From positions 1 to 64,000 of the forward strand of contig LRSL01000095.1 of NCBI GenBank assembly GCA_001563335.1: a stretch of DNA of 64,000 bases. The letters run 5' to 3'. The notes under the pieces were generated by a model, which was given only the letters and a program-made list of their open reading frames with translations, did not search any database and was not told the origin of the DNA. The stretch comes from Candidatus Thorarchaeota archaeon SMTZ1-45 (GTDB taxonomy: Archaea; Asgardarchaeota; Thorarchaeia; Thorarchaeales; Thorarchaeaceae). Position 1 is the first letter of the stretch; each line of letters starts with the position of its first letter. A program made the position numbers and the translations under genes. Below are positions 9,873 through 18,685 of the stretch, in pieces.

Positions 9873-11021
9873 TCACCCCATTTTTCTAATTATCTCATTT
9901 GTCACCTGTTTAGTTGTTGAAGGTTTCACTTTGGACCACCTACCAAGACATAGGTCCATAGTTCTTATTTTCCCTTCACGTAAGACCTCTTCAATTGATT
10001 CTCGAATTCGCTTTGCGCATCCTAATGGTATTTTATCATTATACTTCTTACTCAACCATTCAAACATCATAGCTGCTGAAAGTAGTGCTGCGATTGGGTT
10101 TGCTTTTCCAGTTCCAGCAATATCTGGTGCTGAACCATGAACTGGTTCAAACATTGCTCTCTCAATACCAATATTGCCCGAAGGTGATACACCAAGACCT
10201 CCCTGCAATGCGCCTCCAAGATCGCTTATTATGTCTCCAAAAGCATTCGTTGTCACTACAACATCATAATACTCAGGTTTTCTGAGCACCATAAGTGTCC
10301 AAGCATCAACATATGCATAGTCTCTTGTTATCTCTTTGAATTCTTTTCCGACCTTATCGAAGGACTCTCGAAAGAGTTGACACCCTGCAAGGAGGTTGCT
10401 CTTATCGACACATGTTACACGTTTCACATTATCAATAGGAGCTCCAGTCCTTTCCTTTGCATGTTCAAAAGCAAATCTCGCAACTCGCTCAGAGCCCCTA
10501 GCTGTAATCAACCTTAAATCATAGGCAAAATCCTTGTCAGGTCTCTTGATTCTTCCTCTTGCTGGATAATATAACCCTTCCGTGTTTTCACGAACAATGA
10601 CCATATCAATGTCTTCTGGTTTCTTGTCAGCCAAAGGCGTTGGTACGCCCTCATATAGTTTCACAGGTCGAACATTAGCAAATAGTTCCAATTCCTGACG
10701 AAGCCCAACAACAATACTATACCCTGCAAGATTTCCATCAGGCCGTCTAACGGTCTTTCCATCTAGTCCTTTTGCGCCAATTCCACCAAGTAGTATTGCA
10801 TCTGCCTTAGTCCTAGTGAAATATTCAGCCTGTTCTGACCATTCTCGACCTGTCTTAAGGAAATAGTCACCACCACATTCAAACTCATGAATTTCTAAAG
10901 CAATTTCATCAACTGTTACAATAGCATCTTCAATTACTCTTCTAACCTCTGGAATGACCTCTCTCCCAATGCCATCACCTGGTAATATAACAATCTTGTA
11001 GATGCGACCCATTTGATTCAC
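9873..11021 (-). CDS. leuB: Isocitrate/isopropylmalate-family beta-decarboxylating dehydrogenase
   Basis: LPGDGIGREV, RENTEGLY, NAFGDIISD and EPVHGSAPDIAG; substrate specificity not determined. Confidence 0.88.
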   Translation of the reverse strand: MNQMGRIYKIVILPGDGIGREVIPEVRRVIEDAIVTVDEIALEIHEFECGGDYFLKTGREWSEQAEYFTRTKADAILLGGIGAKGLDGKTVRRPDGNLAGYSIVVGLRQELELFANVRPVKLYEGVPTPLADKKPEDIDMVIVRENTEGLYYPARGRIKRPDKDFAYDLRLITARGSERVARFAFEHAKERTGAPIDNVKRVTCVDKSNLLAGCQLFRESFDKVGKEFKEITRDYAYVDAWTLMVLRKPEYYDVVVTTNAFGDIISDLGGALQGGLGVSPSGNIGIERAMFEPVHGSAPDIAGTGKANPIAALLSAAMMFEWLSKKYNDKIPLGCAKRIRESIEEVLREGKIRTMDLCLGRWSKVKPSTTKQVTNEIIRKMG

Positions 11022-11363
11022 CTAGTAACTCCCTAACCAGCCAAGATCTTTCCCTTTGTCATCAATCAGATATACCCTTGTTTCTAATCTCTCACCATCT
11101 AAAAAATGAATTATGCATCGAATGATGAATTTACGATTACACTTTGTGCACTCAACTAGCCAGTTCTCCTCCACCTCTAAGTTGCCTTTGTCTGGGATTT
11201 GGTTTTCTGTTGGAGGTTCTATGAGTTTGAGCTCTTGTCCACCGCACTCATATGTACACTCTTTCAATGCTAATGGTTCCATTCCTCTTCTTCCAAGAGC
11301 AACATATACCTGATTAGGCAGTTCATCCAAAGACCGGTCCCCAGTCAAATAATTCACCTCCAT
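11022..11363 (-). CDS. Small Zn-ribbon-like hypothetical protein, first gene of the leuBCD-like operon
   Basis: CTYEC...CTKC motifs; directly abuts leuB. The true start may be TTG 11348 after GGAGGTGA. Confidence 0.65.
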   Translation of the reverse strand: MEVNYLTGDRSLDELPNQVYVALGRRGMEPLALKECTYECGGQELKLIEPPTENQIPDKGNLEVEENWLVECTKCNRKFIIRCIIHFLDGERLETRVYLIDDKGKDLGWLGSY

Positions 11364-11412
11364 CGAACTCGTAACCAGTACGGATAAATGAGATGGTTGT
11401 TACGAAAACATC

Positions 11413-12318
11413 ATGCGACTCGTCACATATTCGAGGTTGGGTGTCCCTTCTATTGGTGTAGAATTGGAATCTGGTATTCTCGACATCCCCGATTCTGCTT
11501 CCCATTTTGGTAGAAAATATCACGTACGAGGACATAGCTTTCCTACAACAATGATGGACCTTTTGAACTGGGAATCAGGAGTCGATGTGGTACGCCAAAT
11601 TGTACAAAGATACAAGAAAACCCCTATTGGTGAGCGAATAATGACCCGTCCTCTGAGTTCTGTGACTCTTGAGGCACCGATATCACGTCCGGGTAAGATT
11701 GTGGCATTAGGGAAAAACTATCTAGATCACGTTGAAGAGACCGGTTCGGATGTACCTGAATTTCCTGTCGTTTTTGCGAAATTTCCCTCAAGTGTCATTG
11801 GTCCAGATGATCCAGTTCCAATTCCAGAGGTTTCATCTATGATTGATTGGGAGGTGGAGTTAGGTGTTGTCATTGGGAAGACTTGCAGAAATATCAGTGA
11901 GAAGAAATCACTAGATTTTGTTGCAGGATACACAATCATCAATGATGTATCTGCCCGCGACCTACAGCTAAATGATGGTCAATGGGTGCGTGCTAAATCA
12001 CTTGACGGATTTTGTCCCATGGGCCCTTGTATCGTTACACAAGATGAACTTGGTGATGCCTCAAAGTTGAAGATGCACACAAAAGTGAATGGGGTTATAA
12101 AACAGGAGTCTTCCACCTCCAACATGATGTTTAATGTTCGAAAGATAGTTTCGTATCTGTCCAAATCATTCACTCTCGAACCTGGGGACATAATTGCGAC
12201 AGGTACGCCATCTGGTGTTGGTTTTGTGAGAAACCCTCCTGAGTTTCTGAAACCTGGTGATAAAGTAGAGCTCTTTATTGAAAAGATTGGTTATTTGCGA
12301 AATAAAGTCATTCAGTAG
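11413..12318 (+). CDS. Fumarylacetoacetate hydrolase (FAH) family protein
   Basis: GKNYLDH, DWEVELGVVIG, NDVSARDLQ, AKSLDGFCPMGP and GDIIATGTPSGVG. Confidence 0.95.
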   Translation: MRLVTYSRLGVPSIGVELESGILDIPDSASHFGRKYHVRGHSFPTTMMDLLNWESGVDVVRQIVQRYKKTPIGERIMTRPLSSVTLEAPISRPGKIVALGKNYLDHVEETGSDVPEFPVVFAKFPSSVIGPDDPVPIPEVSSMIDWEVELGVVIGKTCRNISEKKSLDFVAGYTIINDVSARDLQLNDGQWVRAKSLDGFCPMGPCIVTQDELGDASKLKMHTKVNGVIKQESSTSNMMFNVRKIVSYLSKSFTLEPGDIIATGTPSGVGFVRNPPEFLKPGDKVELFIEKIGYLRNKVIQ

Positions 12319-12362
12319 ATTTTGAGAATCTTACACGAATTCTCTGTTAGAAGCCTACAGCA

Positions 12363-12905
12363 TCATAGGCTATCTGCTTTATCTAGAGCATCCTGCGCTT
12401 CTTCAAACTCGAAAAGTCTCTTATGAGCTCGATTAAGCATTTCCCAGACTTCTTTATCCTTTGGCTTTAGTTTTAGATATGCCTTACAAAAAATCTTCAC
12501 ATTCTCCCAATCACCAAGCGCTTCGTAACATCTTGCACCGTAATATAATGCTCTCTTGTGATTCATCCTAGGACCTGCTAACATTTTGAAAATCTCAGCA
12601 GCTGCTGTATATTCCCCGTCATCGAAATGTGACTTTGCCTCATCAAATCTAATCTCCATCTCGCTAAATTCTGGGATTCGTGAGGAATATGATGTAACCA
12701 TCGTAATTGCGCTACAACATACTAAAATTGTAATCAAAAGAATAGCCATCCCCATGGTCATTACTGGGTCCACGGCGATGAAACCCTGTCCAGCAAGAAT
12801 GGAGATGATGAGACCTCCAATAAATATGATAACAACAGCAATACTAACATATTTTGGAGGTAGCATTCTCATGCTTTCCTCATCATCAGCAAACTGAGAC
12901 ATCAT
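12363..12905 (-). CDS. Membrane-anchored TPR protein
   Basis: Two N-terminal TM helices followed by TPR-like helices (ALYYGARCYEALGDW...). Confidence 0.75.
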   Translation of the reverse strand: MMSQFADDEESMRMLPPKYVSIAVVIIFIGGLIISILAGQGFIAVDPVMTMGMAILLITILVCCSAITMVTSYSSRIPEFSEMEIRFDEAKSHFDDGEYTAAAEIFKMLAGPRMNHKRALYYGARCYEALGDWENVKIFCKAYLKLKPKDKEVWEMLNRAHKRLFEFEEAQDALDKADSL

Positions 12906-12969
12906 AAGTAAACGAGTATTTAGACTGCTTTTAGGTCTGGCGAATCAATCAATATTGCTGATACCGAGC

Positions 12970-13623
12970 TCAAGACTCTCTAGAACTGCTTTCCTCAAGC
13001 TGTTTTTTCTTATACTCTACATTCTCTCTTCTAGATGTAAGTCGGTTCCTTGCAACATTGATCCATTGATTGACCATCTTTCTAAGTTCTGGATTCAGCT
13101 CAACAGCAAGCTCAGCGTATGCAATAGCTTTCTCATCATCTTCTTCTATAAAATGAGCATTGGCTTTGTTATAGAATGCTTCAGCATAGTCTGGTTTGAG
13201 TGCCACCGCTTGTGTGTAGGCTTCAATTGCTGCTTCTCCATCTGCGAGTCGTGAATGACAGTTCCCAATATTGTTCCATGCTTCAGCATCATCTGGATTG
13301 ATCTCCAAAGCCTCTTCGTAGCATTCTCGAGCAGCCTCAAAGTCTTTCATAGCATAGAGTGCTGCACCTTTATTGAACCAGATTTCAAAAATGAAGTTGT
13401 CAATAGATAGAGCTTCATCATATGCCTTGACAGCTTCTTCATATTTTTCTGCTTCTGCTAAGGCATAACCTAGATTGTACCAACCTTCAATAAGATCCGG
13501 TCTTTCTTCGACTAGTTCATTTAGAACCTCAATTGCTTTTTCAACTAGGTCCGCTTCTATGAATCTTAGAGCTTTGTTCAACTTCTCAATATCATTGTCG
13601 GACACAGTAACCAAGTATCCCAT
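12970..13623 (-). CDS. Tetratricopeptide repeat protein
   Basis: Canonical TPRs (WYNLGYAL, WFNKGAAL, AWNNIGNC, AFYNKANA). Confidence 0.92.
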   Translation of the reverse strand: MGYLVTVSDNDIEKLNKALRFIEADLVEKAIEVLNELVEERPDLIEGWYNLGYALAEAEKYEEAVKAYDEALSIDNFIFEIWFNKGAALYAMKDFEAARECYEEALEINPDDAEAWNNIGNCHSRLADGEAAIEAYTQAVALKPDYAEAFYNKANAHFIEEDDEKAIAYAELAVELNPELRKMVNQWINVARNRLTSRRENVEYKKKQLEESSSRES

Positions 13624-13656
13624 CCCTTAGTGAGGAATAAGGATTCCGGAGTGGAC

Positions 13657-14079
13657 TCATTCAGATTTTATTATTCTTCGAGCCATTATGGACATGATCA
13701 CGCCAATCCATGCAATGGATTGTGATATTAAGGTGAGAACATCGGTAAGAGCGTCCATACCTCCAGCTAGGTATGCTTCCACCAGCATAATGATTAGTCC
13801 TATTAGACCTATACCAGCACCCAACCCTATTACAAACCTCGCTGTTCTAATTCGACTCAATGCTATTAGTATTCCACCTAATATCACTGCTATACCTCCT
13901 AATGAGGCTATATATAGTAAGATTGTCAGAATTAGTGTTACAGCTTCAGCTGACGCAGGAAAGTAGAGATCTGCATAAGCGGCAATATCTGCAATAAAAC
14001 CAATGCTTCCAACCCAGCCTACTTGGAATAACAATATCCCTCCAATGAGGGCAAAAGCAACAGAGAGACCGTTTCTCAT
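13657..14079 (-). CDS. Gly-rich integral membrane protein (about 4 TM)
   Basis: Hydrophobic ORF; start ATG 14079 follows a GGTGA RBS. Confidence 0.7.
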   Translation of the reverse strand: MRNGLSVAFALIGGILLFQVGWVGSIGFIADIAAYADLYFPASAEAVTLILTILLYIASLGGIAVILGGILIALSRIRTARFVIGLGAGIGLIGLIIMLVEAYLAGGMDALTDVLTLISQSIAWIGVIMSIMARRIIKSE

Positions 14080-14113
14080 CCTATCACCAGCTGAATTAAT
14101 GAAAAAAACCAGT

Positions 14114-14983
14114 TTAATTCTCTTTCTCATCAGTTAAGTCTGACCAAGGCACAAAAGTTGCTTTTCTCCTCCGATAGACCGAAAGACCTTCAAATCCTGA
14201 TTCTTTGATCATATCCAATGCAGTCTTGATGCCTTTGCCAATGTCTGCTGGGAAATGAGCATCAGAACCAACTGTAACTGTGTCAATACCTGCTCTTCGT
14301 AGGGCTTTTATGATACGCTCCTCTGGCATGGGTTGTTGCATCCCTTTTCTTAGCGGTGACGTATTGACTTCAAACCCAACATTCTTTGAAAGCATCTTTT
14401 TCGATAATCCTTCTAAATGAGGTTTCCATATCTCATGGATTTTGTTGCCATAGAAAATCTCTCCAAACCGTCTATAAAGGTCAATATGAGCCAATATGTC
14501 AAAGATTTCGAGATCCATGGAATCGATTAGGATGGTGTAATATCTCTCTCCAAGCTCCTCTACTGAAAACTTTCTGAATGCCTCATTCGCCCTTCCATTT
14601 GCTGAGATTGCTATATGATCAATCAGATGAACCGAACCAATAATGAGATCAAAATCAGTCGAATAAAACTTGTCTGGAAGAGCGTCTTGCACACCTGGAT
14701 AACAGTCTACTTCCACTCCAAGAATTACTTGAAGGCCTAGGTCTTTATAGTGGTCTCCTGCTGTTCGAATTGTAGACTCATAGTCTTCAAACCAAAAGCT
14801 CGAACCAACATCAACCCTCTTGCCCCGCACATTCACATAGCAATCTTCCGCCACTCGATCTGTATCCATATGTGTTGTGAATGCAATCTCTTTCAAACCT
14901 ATATCAAGCGCAACTTGGCAGAACTCATCTACTTCTCCTTCAGCATCAATCGAGTAGTTGGGATGGATGTGGTAGTCAAACAT
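14114..14983 (-). CDS. Histidinol-phosphatase-like PHP family phosphoesterase
   Basis: DYHIHPNYS, GVEVD, IGSVH, LAHID, FEVNTS and GSDAH motifs; start ATG 14983 after GGAG. Confidence 0.85.
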   Translation of the reverse strand: MFDYHIHPNYSIDAEGEVDEFCQVALDIGLKEIAFTTHMDTDRVAEDCYVNVRGKRVDVGSSFWFEDYESTIRTAGDHYKDLGLQVILGVEVDCYPGVQDALPDKFYSTDFDLIIGSVHLIDHIAISANGRANEAFRKFSVEELGERYYTILIDSMDLEIFDILAHIDLYRRFGEIFYGNKIHEIWKPHLEGLSKKMLSKNVGFEVNTSPLRKGMQQPMPEERIIKALRRAGIDTVTVGSDAHFPADIGKGIKTALDMIKESGFEGLSVYRRRKATFVPWSDLTDEKEN

Positions 14984-15038
14984 TGTCTTCTCTCCATGAA
15001 TATTCATATTTCAGATTGTCTAGAGTTAGATCATTGAG

Positions 15039-16280
15039 CTACTCTGGTTGAACTGCAGGGTCCAAGTAAAGATACGATTCGCCTGTTTGGTCTTTTGGTT
15101 TGATCTCTCTCAAAAACAATGCTACAATTGTGGCAAGAGTAGTTGTAACAACAAGGAACAGAATTGAAGCAGAAAGACCATAGGCATCACCAATCAATCC
15201 GAATATTATTGGTGAAATTGCTCCAGGAATTGCACCCACAGAGAATAACAAACCAAATGCGAGTCCCCTTGAGGCACGTGGGCTAACTTCAGTCAAAAAT
15301 GCTGTGTTGGGAGGTACTCCAAGATAGAAGAAGAATCCTATCACGACCAGCATAAGTATCAATACTGTCTGACTAAGTGAATAATTAAGTAAAAGTAGTG
15401 CTGGTGTAGCCAGTCCTGTTGATACTACCAGAAATGGTACTCTCCTGTTCAATCTGTCTGAGAGTGGAGCAGACACGATTTCACCAACCAATCCAGCACT
15501 AAGCATTATTGTTGTTAGGTATCCCGCCCATATCGGGTCTTCTGTGTAGGTTGCAACCAAATATACTGGCATGAGTAATGATGTACATCTGAATGACATC
15601 CCCCGAAGGCCCATAAGAGTCAAGCCTAGCCAATAGTCACGTGTCCATCCATCTGTGCCCTTACATTCATCATCAACATCCATGAATCCCTCTTTGTATC
15701 CATCTCTTGACGATCTCATCAAAATGATTACTGGTATGAAAATAGCAAACCCCATTAAGCTAAGAGCAACAAGTGATGGTCTCCAACCCCCTAATGCTAC
15801 CAGAAGTGTAACACCTAGGAATGGAATCACAGCCATTCCAACCAATCCCCCCATTGCTTGAATTCCTGTGGCTTTAGCCAAAGCCCTCTGTGGGAACTTC
15901 TCTGCCAATGCAGGAAAAACACTTGGATGATATCCTGATGCTCCAATCCCAAGAAATGCTTGAAAGACTGCAAGTATCAGAAAATTGCTTGAATAGCTAA
16001 TGAGGAGCATAGCGACAGCACTCATGAGAATGCTTGATGAAATGAAAGCATCACGCCAGCGCCACCCTCTATCTCCCAGATACCCTACAAGTAGATGGGA
16101 TATTGTCATCGCCACTACAGCTGCACTAGTGATGATTCCAATCTCTGTATAGTTCAGTGAGAGTTCGATTTGAATCAGTGGTAGAAATGGAGAAAGGGCT
16201 CCTGTATACACATGATTCAAGAAATGTGTCATCGTGACGGCTGCAAGAGTAGCATAGGATGCTTTCGTTATTCTTGACAA
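15039..16280 (-). CDS. MFS transporter (FSR-like)
   Basis: About 12 TM helices; HFLNH, GYLGDRG and GYHP motifs. Confidence 0.9.
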   Translation of the reverse strand: MSRITKASYATLAAVTMTHFLNHVYTGALSPFLPLIQIELSLNYTEIGIITSAAVVAMTISHLLVGYLGDRGWRWRDAFISSSILMSAVAMLLISYSSNFLILAVFQAFLGIGASGYHPSVFPALAEKFPQRALAKATGIQAMGGLVGMAVIPFLGVTLLVALGGWRPSLVALSLMGFAIFIPVIILMRSSRDGYKEGFMDVDDECKGTDGWTRDYWLGLTLMGLRGMSFRCTSLLMPVYLVATYTEDPIWAGYLTTIMLSAGLVGEIVSAPLSDRLNRRVPFLVVSTGLATPALLLLNYSLSQTVLILMLVVIGFFFYLGVPPNTAFLTEVSPRASRGLAFGLLFSVGAIPGAISPIIFGLIGDAYGLSASILFLVVTTTLATIVALFLREIKPKDQTGESYLYLDPAVQPE

Positions 16281-16364
16281 ATCGTAATTTCACAACCAGA
16301 CAATTGTTGCTCCTATATTTCACTATGTTAAGCGTGCTGGTATAGATACTTGTACAAAAATTGA

Positions 16365-16477
16365 AGAAAAAAAGTCGGTGAGCCGATGACATGAAAATAG
16401 TCCATGTCACCAGCATATTCCGACTTCGACTCGGAAAGGTTGTTAGTGAAGAATTCAAGCTTCTTTTAATATTTAAA
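16365..16477 (-). promoter_or_regulatory. Structured leader or small RNA with TATA-like box, long hairpin and U-tract
   Basis: Minus strand reads TTTAAATA, then AAGTCGG..GCTGGTGACATGGA/TTCATGTCATCGGC..CCGACTT running into a T7 tract. G-U pairs complete the stem only on the minus strand. Confidence 0.55.
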
Positions 16478-16521
16478 GACCTAAATACCGGCAATCATAG
16501 TGTTCCCTAGTACACCTTGTA

Positions 16522-18504
16522 TTAGACAAGCAATCCAGCTGTCCATAGTACTATCCGTAATGCGATGAGTGCATCGTCACCAGCACCATAATCTCCTAAC
16601 AAGGCGTAATTATCTATGAAGAAATTAGTCCCAGTTACAACGATTCTCCCACCCCCAGCATCCTCCTTGCATCCAAGGACTGGTGCAGACGGGTGATACC
16701 TTGCTAATCGGCTTCCATCAACTGGTATATTCAGAGTCGCTCCAGAATAATGAAATCCACTCACTCCAGAAGTGATAATGTGAGAATCGATCTCAGAAAT
16801 CAAGGCAGGATCATTTCCAGAAGGAACCTCTGTATTTGTAAGTTCAAAGCCGGTGAAGCTCAAGAAATCGTTCACTTGCGATATGTTCGTGAAACTAGAA
16901 CCAAGAGTCGCTAGAAATATTCCGCCTCCAGAATTGTAATAATCCTCGTAGGCTTGTTTTTCGGTGTCAGAGAATGGCAACGAGTAGGTGATAGGTGAGG
17001 TTGGTGTTGTTTCATTAGTACCATAGACACAAGGGTCAAGAATGATGACTGAATCAAACTGCTGCAAAAATAAAAGCGAGGTTGCTGTGCTGTTTCTTAT
17101 CTCACTAACAGAGATATCATTCATTGTTAGCTCCTTATAGAACTCTCTAAACTGTCCATAATATGAGTCAATTGACCACGAACTATGGCTTATGTCAAAA
17201 GCAACTCTTGCAATTGCAGATGATAACTCGAATGAAACCTCAAGGCTTGTTGTTCCAAAGTCAGCTGACATGAATTGAATTGTGTTGTTGAGTAGCGAAG
17301 GTCCTGATGATGGCATGTTTGCTACGAGTTTAATGAGACGGCTCTGATTCACTTCGATAGTCGAAGGAATGTCAAAAATCTCAGGGGAGTTACCTGATAT
17401 TGAAACTATGAATGTTGTACTTCCGGATGCTAGTAATCTAACACTAAACTCATAGATATCATCATAGAACAACTTCTCATAATCAATAGGAAGAGTCGCT
17501 GGAAAAACCAGACTAAGAGCTGGTAATTTACCCTCTTGAGAAGATGATTCAATCAATGCGACTGAGTTTTGGACATTCAATTTACCAGTTCCTACAACAT
17601 AACTTGGATAGAGTGGCATTGGTTCTGCTCCTTTCATAAGTGCAGTCATGATTGAACCTGGAGTGTATGTGATGTTATTGTCAGCAGAATATCCAATAAG
17701 CAACGCAGCTGCGCCTGCAACACGAGGTGCAGCAAAACTTGTGCCATAGTATCTTGATGATAAATAGGTGGCCCATCCGTACGCACTTATGTCTGGCTTC
17801 ATGTATCTGTCGAATGTTGGACCAGTAGATGAGAACTCGGTTGGTGTGTCATCTTCATATAAGGCTGCGACCGATATGCAGTTTTCAAAGACACTTGGTG
17901 ATGAGATACTAGTACCAGCCAGACCACTATCACCTTCATTACCTGCTGAGGAAACAACCACAACTCCCATACCAAAGGCCCAATTTATTGCCTCCTCAAT
18001 AGGATCTCCCAGCACTGGACTTGATCCAAGACTCATTGTGATTACACTGCAATTTTGCTCAACTGCCCAATAGATTGCTGCAGCGAGAGCAATCGAAGTA
18101 GCTGATCCAGATTCACTCAGCACCTTACCATTCACAATCTCTGCATTGGCTGTTTCCGCGACAAGAGTTGCAACTAAAGTACCATGAGGTACATTTTCAG
18201 GATATGAATCAGCAGTTGTTTCATCCGTTTCATTGTAACCGTATTGAGTTTCGATGAAACTCCGCTGTTCCACAACACGCCCTTGTAGTGCTACACCAAT
18301 ATTGATTCCTGAGTCTAAAACAGCAACTCTTACTTTGGTGCTCGGACCATCTGCGAGAGGTCCCGTCTGAATAATGAAAACTAGACCTGTTGATATAACA
18401 AGCATTAGGATAATGATGACAGCGATAATTCGAGTTCCGCTCGATTTCTCCTGTCTAGGTGGTCCATGCCAATAGTAGTCATCCATCATCTGTACCATAC
18501 TCAT
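16522..18504 (-). CDS. Membrane-anchored S8 subtilase with site-1-protease-like domain architecture
   Basis: Catalytic triad VLDSG / HGT / GTSFAAP, oxyanion AGN, N-terminal TM, Ig-like middle, and a C-terminal alpha/beta domain (RVAFDISH...GGGRIVVTG). Confidence 0.85.
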   Translation of the reverse strand: MSMVQMMDDYYWHGPPRQEKSSGTRIIAVIIILMLVISTGLVFIIQTGPLADGPSTKVRVAVLDSGINIGVALQGRVVEQRSFIETQYGYNETDETTADSYPENVPHGTLVATLVAETANAEIVNGKVLSESGSATSIALAAAIYWAVEQNCSVITMSLGSSPVLGDPIEEAINWAFGMGVVVVSSAGNEGDSGLAGTSISSPSVFENCISVAALYEDDTPTEFSSTGPTFDRYMKPDISAYGWATYLSSRYYGTSFAAPRVAGAAALLIGYSADNNITYTPGSIMTALMKGAEPMPLYPSYVVGTGKLNVQNSVALIESSSQEGKLPALSLVFPATLPIDYEKLFYDDIYEFSVRLLASGSTTFIVSISGNSPEIFDIPSTIEVNQSRLIKLVANMPSSGPSLLNNTIQFMSADFGTTSLEVSFELSSAIARVAFDISHSSWSIDSYYGQFREFYKELTMNDISVSEIRNSTATSLLFLQQFDSVIILDPCVYGTNETTPTSPITYSLPFSDTEKQAYEDYYNSGGGIFLATLGSSFTNISQVNDFLSFTGFELTNTEVPSGNDPALISEIDSHIITSGVSGFHYSGATLNIPVDGSRLARYHPSAPVLGCKEDAGGGRIVVTGTNFFIDNYALLGDYGAGDDALIALRIVLWTAGLLV

Positions 18505-18685
18505 TTAATTAACATGCGGCTTGTGAACCCTAACTTCAGAGCACATGAACCTATCGAATACTGAACCGGAAAGCTTCAAAAGGTACAGAAAGGAAACTGC
18601 CTGTGTCGGACTTGAGGTAGGAACATTCGAGTTTGATTTATCTATGAAAGAAGCGAAGCATGATTACCCTTGAGAGGTAACAGCA

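Noticed and set aside
16372-16426. Possible SECIS element or tRNA
   Set aside because: The plus-strand ATGA pairs conventionally rather than forming a GA/AG quartet, no upstream gene has an in-frame TGA, and there is no cloverleaf or T-loop.
16126-16494. 122-aa minus-strand ORF across the structured leader
   Set aside because: It overlaps the MFS gene out of frame and has no recognisable protein features; the region is better explained as RNA structure.
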